Shown here one piece after another: positions 9,231 through 17,801 of a DNA stretch of 64,000 bases. The notes beneath the pieces were generated by a model. That model was not told the origin of the DNA. It searched no databases and saw only the letters and a program-made list of their open reading frames with translations. The DNA comes from a candidate division CPR2 bacterium GW2011_GWC2_39_35 (GTDB taxonomy: Bacteria > Patescibacteriota > CPR2): NCBI GenBank assembly GCA_000995065.1, contig LBWX01000002.1, positions 62,586 to 126,585 of the forward strand, given 5' to 3'. Positions within the stretch are counted from its first letter, which is position 1. Each line of letters begins with the position of its first letter. The position numbers and the translations under genes were made by a program.

Positions 9231-10118
9231 ATGAAAATACCTACGAAAAAACTAAAAAATGGTTTCGAATTACCAGTCTATGGGCTAGGCCTTTGGGAGG
9301 TTGGTGGTCGTTTAGAATCGGATATCAGCAAAGACAGCGAAGAAATTAAAGGGATACAAGCCAACCTTGATTCCGGAGTTACTCACATTGATACGGCAGA
9401 ACTTTATGGAAATGGGCATGCAGAAGAACTCTTGGGACAAGCAATCAGAGGATTTGATCGCGAGGAATTATTTATTGCCAGCAAAGTCGGCCATGATGGA
9501 AAATTATCTTACGATAGAGTACGCAAATCATTTGAGGCAAGTTTAAAACGAATTGGCACGGATTATCTCGATCTTTACTATTTACATCTTTACCCGAAAC
9601 ATGGATATTCTATTGAAGAAACGATGAAAGCTATGAACGAATTAAAAGATCAGGGCTTAATAAAGAATATCGGTCTTTCTAATGTTACGCCAAACCGATT
9701 CAAAGAAGCTCAAAAATATTCTGATCACAAGATTGTCTGCAACCAGGTGCATTATAATCTCCAATACCGAGAAGTCGAGGACAAAAAAGTTTTATCCTTT
9801 TGCCAAGATAATGATGTAATGTTAGTAGCTTGGCGACCACTACAAAAAGGATTGCTTCCAGAATCAGATTTAATATTAAAAATTGCCAAAAAATATGAAA
9901 AAACACCAGCTCAGATTGCCCTTAACTGGCTCATTTCTCAAGATAGCGTTGTTACTATAGTAAAAACAAGCAATGTTGATCACTTAAAAGAAAATCTTGG
10001 CGCAGTTGATTGGACGATGGAAAAAGAAGATATAGCAAGGATTAGAAAAGAATTCCCAAATCAAGAATTGGTTTCAGAGGCTATTCCGCTAGATTACGAA
10101 GGCGAAATAGCACCATAG
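9231..10118 (+). CDS. aldo/keto reductase
   Basis: AKR signatures are present (GLGLWEVGG, IDTAELYGNGHAEELLGQ, DLYYLHL) at a typical AKR length. Confidence 0.85.
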   Translation: MKIPTKKLKNGFELPVYGLGLWEVGGRLESDISKDSEEIKGIQANLDSGVTHIDTAELYGNGHAEELLGQAIRGFDREELFIASKVGHDGKLSYDRVRKSFEASLKRIGTDYLDLYYLHLYPKHGYSIEETMKAMNELKDQGLIKNIGLSNVTPNRFKEAQKYSDHKIVCNQVHYNLQYREVEDKKVLSFCQDNDVMLVAWRPLQKGLLPESDLILKIAKKYEKTPAQIALNWLISQDSVVTIVKTSNVDHLKENLGAVDWTMEKEDIARIRKEFPNQELVSEAIPLDYEGEIAP

Positions 10119-10140
10119 ATTAACACAAGACCAGATATCA

Positions 10141-10175
10141 AGAAAGAACGTTTAAACGTTCTTTCTTCTTCTTAT
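10141..10175 (+). terminator. rho-independent terminator of the AKR gene
   Basis: AGAAAGAACG-TTTAAA-CGTTCTTTCT hairpin followed by TCTTCTT. Confidence 0.55.
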
Positions 10176-10217
10176 ATCTGACGACTGACGGAGGTCGGTC
10201 GCCAGGAACATCACACA

Positions 10218-10279
10218 TTGGCTCCCCGGATTCGCACTCATTCAATATTCTGGAAGAACTTGCCAGTTTGATTGCTTAA
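10218..10279 (+). repeat. composite intergenic repeat, partial copy containing the TTGGCTCCCCGGAT module
   Basis: TTGGCTCCCCGGATTCGCACTCATTCAATATTCTGGAAGAACTTGCCAGTTTGATTGCTTA is nearly identical to 11667-11729. Confidence 0.7.
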
Positions 10280-10418
10280 TTGAACCGCTATGAGCCACTA
10301 TTTAACCAATAAGACCAGTTAGCGAAGTTGGAGGAATATTTTAAATGGCTTTCCGCAATATAAAAAGACCCTTTTAGGCAACCTACAAATGAGTAGGCGG
10401 GGTCTTGTACCTTTACTT

Positions 10419-10817
10419 CTAATGATCAGCTTCTGCCAAAATAACTTCAGATAAACCAAGCTCGTATTTGGCATTTAGCTCCCTAAGAGATATAGGCGAT
10501 TCCAAATCTTGTACTAGTTGATCGAGCTGTTCTACCTCCACCATTGTTATAGATTCTGCTGCTGTCTTTTTGTTCTCCTCGGAAAGATGAGAATAGAATG
10601 TCGAGATCAGATATTCTGCACCCTTTGGTTCATTTGGTAAAGCATTATCGCCATCAGGAAGTTGTAAGTATGGAATTTGAATGCGATCTTCTTCTTGCTT
10701 CTTAAATCGAAGTGCCATGCGATCGGCAATCCGATCCCAAACAGGTTTTTCGTCCGGCGTTAATACCGTTAGTGTCCCACCAGGAATAAATCGACTTTCA
10801 CTCATTTGTTTCACCAC
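10419..10817 (-). CDS. hypothetical protein
   Basis: A 132-aa acidic ORF. Confidence 0.4.
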   Translation of the reverse strand: MVKQMSESRFIPGGTLTVLTPDEKPVWDRIADRMALRFKKQEEDRIQIPYLQLPDGDNALPNEPKGAEYLISTFYSHLSEENKKTAAESITMVEVEQLDQLVQDLESPISLRELNAKYELGLSEVILAEADH

Positions 10818-10877
10818 CTTTCTGGCTCAGGAATATGTGGACTAATCTATCGTTATTTGTTCACCTTCTTTCCCTAA

Positions 10878-11408
10878 CTAGAGGTCGAAATGCGTATAAT
10901 CATTAGCCCTGACTATCCGTGTAGACGCTTCGCATAGCTTATCCCTAGGGCCACCACAGTTCATACACCCTTTACCATCACAAGGAGCTTCTTTAAGAGG
11001 TTTTTCGCAGCCATAACAGAAACAAACCTTGCCTTTGTGCTCTGGTTGAATATAGTTGTTGTGACAGATTATCGGAGACTGACAAAGCAGAATACTATAA
11101 CTCGGCGACTGCTCGAGAAAATAGCATGCTTGCTTAAAGGGTACTGGACAGATATCGCGACAGATCGGATCAGCTTCACGGCGTTGCTTTGCGATGAAAC
11201 GAATATTGCACTTGCAGACATGACAACTCTTCACATGATCTAGGTATGGCCTGACTGCTTTTTTAAGGCTGACGACACCATAAGGCACTTTTTCCAATTC
11301 ATCTCTTGGAACGTGCTTATCAGCGTCAGGATCGATGGTGAGCGGCTTAAAAGGTTGACCTAAAAGCTCCTTGGCATATTTATTCCAAACTTTAGACACA
11401 AAAATCAC
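10878..11408 (-). CDS. cysteine-rich hypothetical protein with about 14 Cys, a putative metal-binding protein
   Basis: Many cysteines arranged in clusters (CHVCKC, CRDICP, CFCYGC, CDGKGCMNCGG). Confidence 0.45.
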   Translation of the reverse strand: MIFVSKVWNKYAKELLGQPFKPLTIDPDADKHVPRDELEKVPYGVVSLKKAVRPYLDHVKSCHVCKCNIRFIAKQRREADPICRDICPVPFKQACYFLEQSPSYSILLCQSPIICHNNYIQPEHKGKVCFCYGCEKPLKEAPCDGKGCMNCGGPRDKLCEASTRIVRANDYTHFDL

Positions 11409-11532
11409 TCCTTCGATAAAGGTTTTTTTAACTTTATATAGAGCCTTAGAGGCGTTGGTGGATTGTAAATGTACGGGTTATACGGGATGAATCCAGAGGA
11501 TTGTCGCTTGAATTATATAACAAAGGGCTAAT

Positions 11533-11729
11533 TTTTCAATGATTTTGGGGAAACCAGGGGGTTGGATTCAAACCTTTCCAAAAAACAAAAATGGCTCGTT
11601 AAAGCCATTGTCTTGCAGTTTGAATAACGCCTAACCCAGGGTTATTAATGTTTTTAGTTGGAATCCTATTGGCTCCCCGGATTCGCACTCATTCAATATT
11701 CTGGAAGAGCTTGCCAGTTTGATTGCTTA
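11533..11729 (+). repeat. composite intergenic repeat, full copy of subtype A
   Basis: About 150 nt are identical to 13615-13760: TTCAATGATTTTGGGG, GGATTCAAACC, the hairpin AATGGCTCGTTAAAGCCATT and TTGGCTCCCCGGAT. The right end matches 10218-10279. Confidence 0.75.
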
Positions 11730-11768
11730 GACTTCTAAGACTGTTGTTGCCAAAAGTAATCGCAGGTC

Positions 11769-12143
11769 ATGCCTTATAAATCAGCGATTCTTATTATTGA
11801 CAAAAATTGTCCAAGAATCTATTATACGTTCATGAACGAAGCAGATAAAAAAGCAATTGAAGAACTCCTAAATAAACAAACAGAGCGCTTTAATCAAGCA
11901 ATGGATATCCGTTTTCAAGAGCAGGAAGAGCATCTTGAAAAGCGTATGGTAGGTATTTTTAATGAAGGCTTTGAACAGATTGTATTGCCTCATATCGCAA
12001 CATTAAGCGAAAAAGTAGATAGTCTGGATTCGAATACAGAAAGAATCGATAGAAAGCTTAATGCCATAGTCGATCGCCAAGACAACCAAGGAAAAGAAAT
12101 CCAAGGCATCAAAACGTTTGTTCAAATGCCGGAAATTGCATAA
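11769..12143 (+). CDS. hypothetical coiled-coil protein
   Basis: A 124-aa ORF. The true start may be an internal Met (MNEADKK). Confidence 0.35.
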   Translation: MPYKSAILIIDKNCPRIYYTFMNEADKKAIEELLNKQTERFNQAMDIRFQEQEEHLEKRMVGIFNEGFEQIVLPHIATLSEKVDSLDSNTERIDRKLNAIVDRQDNQGKEIQGIKTFVQMPEIA

Positions 12144-12371
12144 AACTATATTGAAAAATGAATGTTTTTAATGGCACTTAAAAGTGCCATTTTTGAATAG
12201 ATTGTTCCTGGTTTTTAGAGTAGTCGTAATTAAATATCTTTGCCTAAATATAAAAAAGGACTTCGTAAAACACATTTTAAAAATGTATAAGACAAAATCC
12301 TCTTAGCTTTAAGGACTCGGTCCATCGCCGAATCTCTTTTATAAAAAACGGTACTATAATGCTATGAAAGT

Positions 12372-13181
12372 TTATCTAAGCAAGGTTTCTTTTTTTTGAT
12401 ACTGATCTTGGTCCGCAATTTCGATAAGTAGCTTCTGGGCAATCAGACAATACCTATAATCCTCAGTCTCAATTTTTTTGTCTTCTTCCAGCTTTTGCAT
12501 ATTAAAGATCAAAGGGCACTCTACGGCTCTTAGTGGCAACGAAGGTGCTAATGAGCCTGAAGGCTCATATAACTTACGCAGGTCATGAAGATAGAGAATA
12601 AATTGCTCAGCACTAATATTGGGAATGTCCTTGATAACTGGCAAAACTCTTTCTTCGTAAATATCTTTAAGCCGTTCCTTGCTAGCAAACAAAGTCGATT
12701 TTTCAATCGCTTTTCCGCTAAACCCTTCTTCAGTCTCCTTTATCTCTGTTGCAAAAAGCGGCTTTTCTTGAAAATCAGTTAGAGCTATATGATTTAAAAT
12801 TAATCTTGATAGCTCAAAAAGGTTATCACTTCCAACTGGTTGATTGCCTAAATTTTGCATATCCAGAGCTAGAATGATTTCTACTCCTCTTAAAAATTCG
12901 ATACCCCCGTTAGCTTCAATTTTTTGGCTCAACAATTGGAGCTCTTTTGGATAACTTTCTGCGCCAAGAGTAATTCGTTCTTTGGCAAATGGAAGAAGCA
13001 CTTCGTTTAAAAAAACACGAGCTCCATTTTTATTGCATCTACAATTAAAATCCACTCTGTGTTCAATTTCATAACCTTCCGGCGTTTCTTCTATATGAGC
13101 TCTCATTTCTAATTCCTTCCGTGGTGAGGTCTGGTCATTAACAAAACCCAAGTTAAGATTACAAGGATTGATTGTCAGCAT
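12372..13181 (-). CDS. hypothetical protein, co-directional with and overlapping the ACP-like gene
   Basis: A 269-aa ORF that overlaps the upstream ACP-like ORF by 23 nt. The true start may be the internal MRAHIEE. Confidence 0.45.
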   Translation of the reverse strand: MLTINPCNLNLGFVNDQTSPRKELEMRAHIEETPEGYEIEHRVDFNCRCNKNGARVFLNEVLLPFAKERITLGAESYPKELQLLSQKIEANGGIEFLRGVEIILALDMQNLGNQPVGSDNLFELSRLILNHIALTDFQEKPLFATEIKETEEGFSGKAIEKSTLFASKERLKDIYEERVLPVIKDIPNISAEQFILYLHDLRKLYEPSGSLAPSLPLRAVECPLIFNMQKLEEDKKIETEDYRYCLIAQKLLIEIADQDQYQKKETLLR

Positions 13182-13470
13182 TGGCCATAGCCTGATTCGC
13201 TGCCTCTATTAAAGATATTGGCGTTGGATACTTATCGATTGCGTCTGCTATCCTAGAAGGAATGGCGCCCACCTCAATATCCTCAATGTTGAGGGATTCT
13301 TCTAGAGACATTATAATCTCCACAATATCTAGATTATCCAATCCAAGATCCCAAAAACTAGAATCGTTTTCTAAGGATTCTATGTCTTCCTCTTTAAGTC
13401 CAGGGACTTCTCTTAGGACACCTACAAGAGCACTCGAAACTCTGTTATCCAAATCAATTAACCGAGACAT
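13159..13470 (-). CDS. acyl-carrier-protein-like domain protein with Asn in place of the phosphopantetheine-attachment Ser
   Basis: SSFWDLGLDNLDIVEIIMSLEESLNIEDIE aligns with the canonical ACP segment [26 protein letters not shown], with the Ser of DSL replaced by Asn. Confidence 0.55.
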   Translation of the reverse strand: MSRLIDLDNRVSSALVGVLREVPGLKEEDIESLENDSSFWDLGLDNLDIVEIIMSLEESLNIEDIEVGAIPSRIADAIDKYPTPISLIEAANQAMANADNQSL

Positions 13471-13614
13471 TCCTTTTCCTCCTTTTAGATACGGTGAGCA
13501 TATTTAGACACCTATAAGTAAACTTCTTGGAAGCATAAATGAGTTGGTAACGTGCAAACTTAATAAGAATTGACTAGCGGATTGACGCTTGCAGTATATA
13601 TTAATTAGGCAATT

Positions 13615-13818
13615 ATTCAATGATTTTGGGCGAAACCAGGGGGTTGGATTCAAACCTTTCCAAAAAACAAAAATGGCTCGTTAAAGCCATTGTCTTGCAG
13701 TTTGAATAACGCCTAACCCAGGGTTATTAATTTTGGTTTGAATCCTATTGGCTCCCCGGATCGGACTATCTTCGAACTTTTGGAGTATTTGTGCCTGTGT
13801 GCTAGTGCTTAATACTAA
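13615..13818 (+). repeat. composite intergenic repeat, full copy of subtype A with a subtype-B right end
   Basis: Near-identical to 11533-11680. It then continues TTGGCTCCCCGGATCGGACTATCTTCGAACTTTTGGAG...GCTTAATACTA, as in the copies at 15479, 17714 and 19539. Confidence 0.75.
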
Positions 13819-13891
13819 TATAAAAAAACAAAAGCGGTCGCCAAATATTTCTGACGACCGCAAACGGTCTTCCATTCAATGATGCTATTTG

Positions 13892-15160
13892 CTATATACC
13901 CGTTAAGGCAATATCGGTGCGATAGCACATGTCTGGAAATTTGATCTTACTAACTGCTTCATACGCTCTTTCTCTGGCCTCACCAAAGTCCTTTCCAAGA
14001 GCACTCACATTGAGCACGCGTCCACCTGCTATATGGAATTCGCCATCTTTGATTGTTGTTCCGGCATGATAGATAGTAACACCTTCGATTCTGGATGCAT
14101 CATCAATACCCTGGATTTCCAGCTCGGGATAGTGATCCGTGCCTGGATAACCACCAGAAGCTATAACTACTGAAGCACAAACTTCTGGTTTCCATTTGAG
14201 CTTTACTCCTGAAAGATCGCCTTCCACTACGGCAAGCATAGGCTCCATGATATCGCTTTCGAGCCGCGGTATGATTGCTTGAGTTTCAGGATCACCGAAG
14301 CGACAATTAAACTCGATGACCTTAGGCCCATCTTCAGTAATCATGAGTCCGGCGTAGATGATCCCTTTGTAGGTCATACCTTCTTTTGCCATGGCTGTAA
14401 TGGTCGGCTTTAAGATGGACTCGATAATCTCCTCATAAAGCTCTGGCGTTACCTTTGGCACTGGTGAGTATGAACCCATGCCTCCGGTATTAGGACTGTT
14501 CTTTTCGGTGTCCAGACGTTTGTAGTCTTGAGCAGGAACCAAGGGTAAAATATTCCTACCATCTGAGAAGGCCAGCATTGAAAGCTCCCAGCCTTCTAGA
14601 CATTCCTCAATAAGAACAAGGTCATGAGGATTGATGTATTCTGACTTGGAAAAGCCTCTTCTAACCGCCGCCTCAGCTTCCTTGAGGTCACTTGTGACAA
14701 CTACACCCTTTCCTCCAGCTAAACCATCAACCTTAACTACATACGGTGGGGGCATCTTCTTTAGGAAGTCAATAGCATGATGGTATTCTGCAAATAGAGA
14801 GCTTTCACCAGTAGGAATACCGTAACGTTTCATAATGGTCTTGGCATAGTTCTTGCTACCTTCAAGCATGGCAGCGCCAGGTCCTGGACCAAACATCTTT
14901 TGGCTCCGGTAATCGAAATATCCTCCGATTCCGAGTACAAGCGGAACTTCAGGCCCCACTACGGTTAGTCCAACTCTGTTTCGCTTCGCAAAACGAACTA
15001 GCCGGGAGCAATCAGCGGCTGCAATATCAACATTGTGTGCAATTTCTCTAGTGCCACCATTGCCTGGAGCTACAAATACTTCACTTACTTCAGGCGATTC
15101 CAGGATTTTCTTGGTTAAAGCATGTTCTCTTCCGCCGCTACCAACAACTAATACTCGCAT
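13892..15160 (-). CDS. purD: phosphoribosylamine--glycine ligase
   Basis: MRVLVVGSGGREHAL at the N-terminus, ATP-grasp motifs, and a 422-aa length typical of PurD. Confidence 0.9.
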   Translation of the reverse strand: MRVLVVGSGGREHALTKKILESPEVSEVFVAPGNGGTREIAHNVDIAAADCSRLVRFAKRNRVGLTVVGPEVPLVLGIGGYFDYRSQKMFGPGPGAAMLEGSKNYAKTIMKRYGIPTGESSLFAEYHHAIDFLKKMPPPYVVKVDGLAGGKGVVVTSDLKEAEAAVRRGFSKSEYINPHDLVLIEECLEGWELSMLAFSDGRNILPLVPAQDYKRLDTEKNSPNTGGMGSYSPVPKVTPELYEEIIESILKPTITAMAKEGMTYKGIIYAGLMITEDGPKVIEFNCRFGDPETQAIIPRLESDIMEPMLAVVEGDLSGVKLKWKPEVCASVVIASGGYPGTDHYPELEIQGIDDASRIEGVTIYHAGTTIKDGEFHIAGGRVLNVSALGKDFGEARERAYEAVSKIKFPDMCYRTDIALTGI

Positions 15161-15270
15161 GGTTTCTCTCCTTCTATTCTAATAAACGTTTTTTGGAATA
15201 AAGTATAAATAAGCTTCCTAGGAAGCATTAATTGGTTGGGAATGTGCATGAATAGCAAGAAATATTTGAG

Positions 15271-15545
15271 GAATTGACGCTTGCACTATACAATAAAGGG
15301 CTGTTTTTTCAATGATTTTTGACCCCGGATCGGACTATCTTCGAACCAAAAAAATGGCTCGTAAAAGCCATTCTAGATAAATTAAGTTATTTATTTGTGC
15401 AAATCTCGGAAATTATTCGAACTTTTATTTTAGCTCTACAAAGCCCTAAAACGGCTTAATTTCCAGTTTCTGCCACATTGGCTCCCCGGATCGGGCAATC
15501 TTCGAACTTTTGGAGCGGTTGTGCCTTTACGCATCTGCTTAAGCT
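15271..15545 (+). repeat. composite intergenic repeat, subtype B (about 270 bp) with two tRNA-end-like modules
   Basis: Contains TTGACGCTTGCACTATA, TTCAATGATTTT, GACCCCGGATCGGACTATCTTCGAACC, the hairpin AATGGCTCGTAAAAGCCATT and TTGGCTCCCCGGATCGGGCAATCTTCGAAC. It is a homolog of 19375-19620. Confidence 0.75.
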
Positions 15546-16550
15546 TATTGCTTCTTCTTTTTTACAACCTTTTTCTTTGCTATCTGAGCAGCCGAGAGTG
15601 CCGCTGTGTCAAAATCAGTGTCTAGACTTTTTGCTTCGTTTTTCTTGTACTCATCAAAATGCTTTTCCGCTGTTTCTACTGCTAATTCGTGCGATACTTT
15701 ACCAGCACTGGTTAAGATATCTCTGTCGTTTAGTTTTAAGAAGCCATGTAGTTTTTCTATCCAATCCTTCATATACATTGGCACGCGTCGCATAGCCTGG
15801 CCTTCAGCAAACACAAGATATTGCTCGACAAGGTTGTTAAGGGCAAGAAGTTCCGGCTCTGTCAAATAGTTTTTAGCAATCGTCACATCGTCTTTGCGAG
15901 GCTTCGTCCCCCGCCATGAAGTAAGTCCCATATATGGCCTTGTGCTATCGGCACGAGAACTTATAATCTCGGATGCAGTTTGACCGGTAATGGCGTAGTG
16001 GACTTTGTTTTGGACTGTTTTAAAAAACAGAATACTTGTTTCATCGGTCGGATCATAGTCAACGCTGGTCGCATAGATATCGGTGATCTTTCTGTAAAAG
16101 CGCTTTTCGGAAGTGCGTATATCCTGAATACGGAGAAGTAATTCTTCGAAATAGTCAAAGGGTAGATCTGGATTTTTAAGACGTTCATCGTCTAGCACAA
16201 AACCCTTTACGATATATTCACTTAAACGGGCAGTCGCCCATTGACGAAAAGCTGTTGCAATAGAGCTTTTAACACGATAGCCAACGGAGATGATGAGATC
16301 GCTCATTTTGAACTATTCGGAATTTCCGAATAGTTGAATCTTTGCTCAATTCTCCTTCTTGATAAATGTTCTTTATGTGTTCGTTAATGGTTGGAACGGT
16401 AACCTGAAAAAGCTCGGCCAAGAGTTTTTGCGTAAGCCAAACCGTTTCGCCGTCAAAACGGACATCGATTTTAGTTTGACCGTCTTCGGATTTATAAATG
16501 ATTAGTTGTGAGTTAGGATCATTTTTCATAATGGTAAATTCGCTTTGCAT
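15545..16550 (-). pseudogene. RhuM-family (virulence RhuM-like) gene split by a frameshift into 93-aa and 253-aa ORFs
   Basis: The N-terminal ORF (IIYKSEDGQTKIDVRFDGETVWLTQKLLAELFQ) and the C-terminal ORF (ISVGYRVKS...GFVLDDERLKNPD) together cover a RhuM-like protein. The two ORFs overlap at 16269-16306 in different frames. Confidence 0.6.
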
Positions 16551-16765
16551 TACTTTGCGCCCTCATTATACACCAGGCGTGCGTGGGCTAAAATGGTATT
16601 TTGTCGCGTTGGTCTTTTCCGGATAAAACATCATTCTTAGATTCGTATTTTTTGAAATATTTAGAGCCATTATGCTTATGTGGTGCCTAATAGATTCCTT
16701 TTGTCATTGACCGACTTATAATGGTTTAGTAAGTTGGTACTATAACAGCATAGCAAGAGGTCCAT

Positions 16766-17623
16766 ATGAAAAGCAAATCACGCCGTTATGAAATTATAAG
16801 GGAGATTGCAGTAACTACTCTGTGGTCAATCCTTGCAGGCATTCTAGGATTGTTTGTGGTGATGCTGATCGGCCTTCTGGTATTTAAAACCAAGAGGCTC
16901 CCACCCGAATCAACGTTTGTCTTTTTTGTAACCGTGTGGCTAGTTGTCTATTTAAGACTCAAAAAGAGCGGTAAAACCTTTGCAGATATAGGCCTTGGGG
17001 AAAAGGGGCTTTTTAGTCGCTCAACAATAGGTTTGCTTATCGGCGCCGGATTCATGACGGCTACCTTCGCCTTTCTTCTTTCCATAAAAGCCGTTACTTT
17101 TACAGAACACACAATTAGCTCTTCCTTAGCTATAATTCTTGTTTCAGGCCTTGCCTATAGCATGATTCAAGCTAGTGTTGAAGAAGTGTTATTTAGGGGC
17201 TATTTCTTAAATATCCTGGCCTGGAAGAATCGCCTATCAGCGATTCTTGTAACCTCTGCCTTATTTTCCTTCCTTCACTTCTGGCATGGTGTTCATCTTA
17301 TCGGCTGGCTCAACATATTCCTTTTCGGGGTGTTTGCTGCTCAATCATTTTATTTATTCAAGAGCTTGTGGGTGCCTATAGGTTTCCATATCGGTTGGAA
17401 TTACTTCCAGAAATATGTCTTCACCTTTCCGATTTATGGAAGCGATAACACAAGAGGACTGCTTGCTCTAAACGATGCAAACAAGGGTTTATTGAGTGGC
17501 GGTAGTTTTGGTCCAGAAGGAAGCATAATCATAACTCTATTGTTAGTAATGACTATTGGGCTAATTTATTGGCGACAAAAAGAAACATTAATTGCGGTAA
17601 ATCCTCGGCTTGCTCAAAACTAG
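16766..17623 (+). CDS. CPBP-family intramembrane metalloprotease (CAAX protease/Abi-like)
   Basis: EEVLFRGYFLN, FSFLHFWHG and downstream His motifs in a polytopic membrane protein. Confidence 0.8.
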   Translation: MKSKSRRYEIIREIAVTTLWSILAGILGLFVVMLIGLLVFKTKRLPPESTFVFFVTVWLVVYLRLKKSGKTFADIGLGEKGLFSRSTIGLLIGAGFMTATFAFLLSIKAVTFTEHTISSSLAIILVSGLAYSMIQASVEEVLFRGYFLNILAWKNRLSAILVTSALFSFLHFWHGVHLIGWLNIFLFGVFAAQSFYLFKSLWVPIGFHIGWNYFQKYVFTFPIYGSDNTRGLLALNDANKGLLSGGSFGPEGSIIITLLLVMTIGLIYWRQKETLIAVNPRLAQN

Positions 17624-17660
17624 CCCATTACTGTACCCTATAACCGTAGGGAGACATCAC

Positions 17661-17689
17661 AAAATGCCTTTACAGAAGGCATTTTTATG
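17661..17689 (+). terminator. rho-independent terminator of the CPBP gene
   Basis: AAAATGCCTT-tacaga-AGGCATTTT hairpin followed by TAT. Confidence 0.5.
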
Positions 17690-17713
17690 GGTTGATTGAT
17701 GCGTCGAAAAACA

Positions 17714-17790
17714 CTGGCTCCCCGGATCGGGCAATCTTCGAACTTCTGGAGCAATTATGCTTATGTGCTAGTGCCTAATAATTTGCATTT
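17714..17790 (+). repeat. composite intergenic repeat, partial copy (TTGGCTCCCCGGATCGGGCAATCTTCGAAC module)
   Basis: CTGGCTCCCCGGATCGGGCAATCTTCGAACTTCTGGAGCAATTATGC...GCCTAATAAT matches the right half of subtype B. Confidence 0.7.
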
Positions 17791-17801
17791 TTTAAGTAGC
17801 C

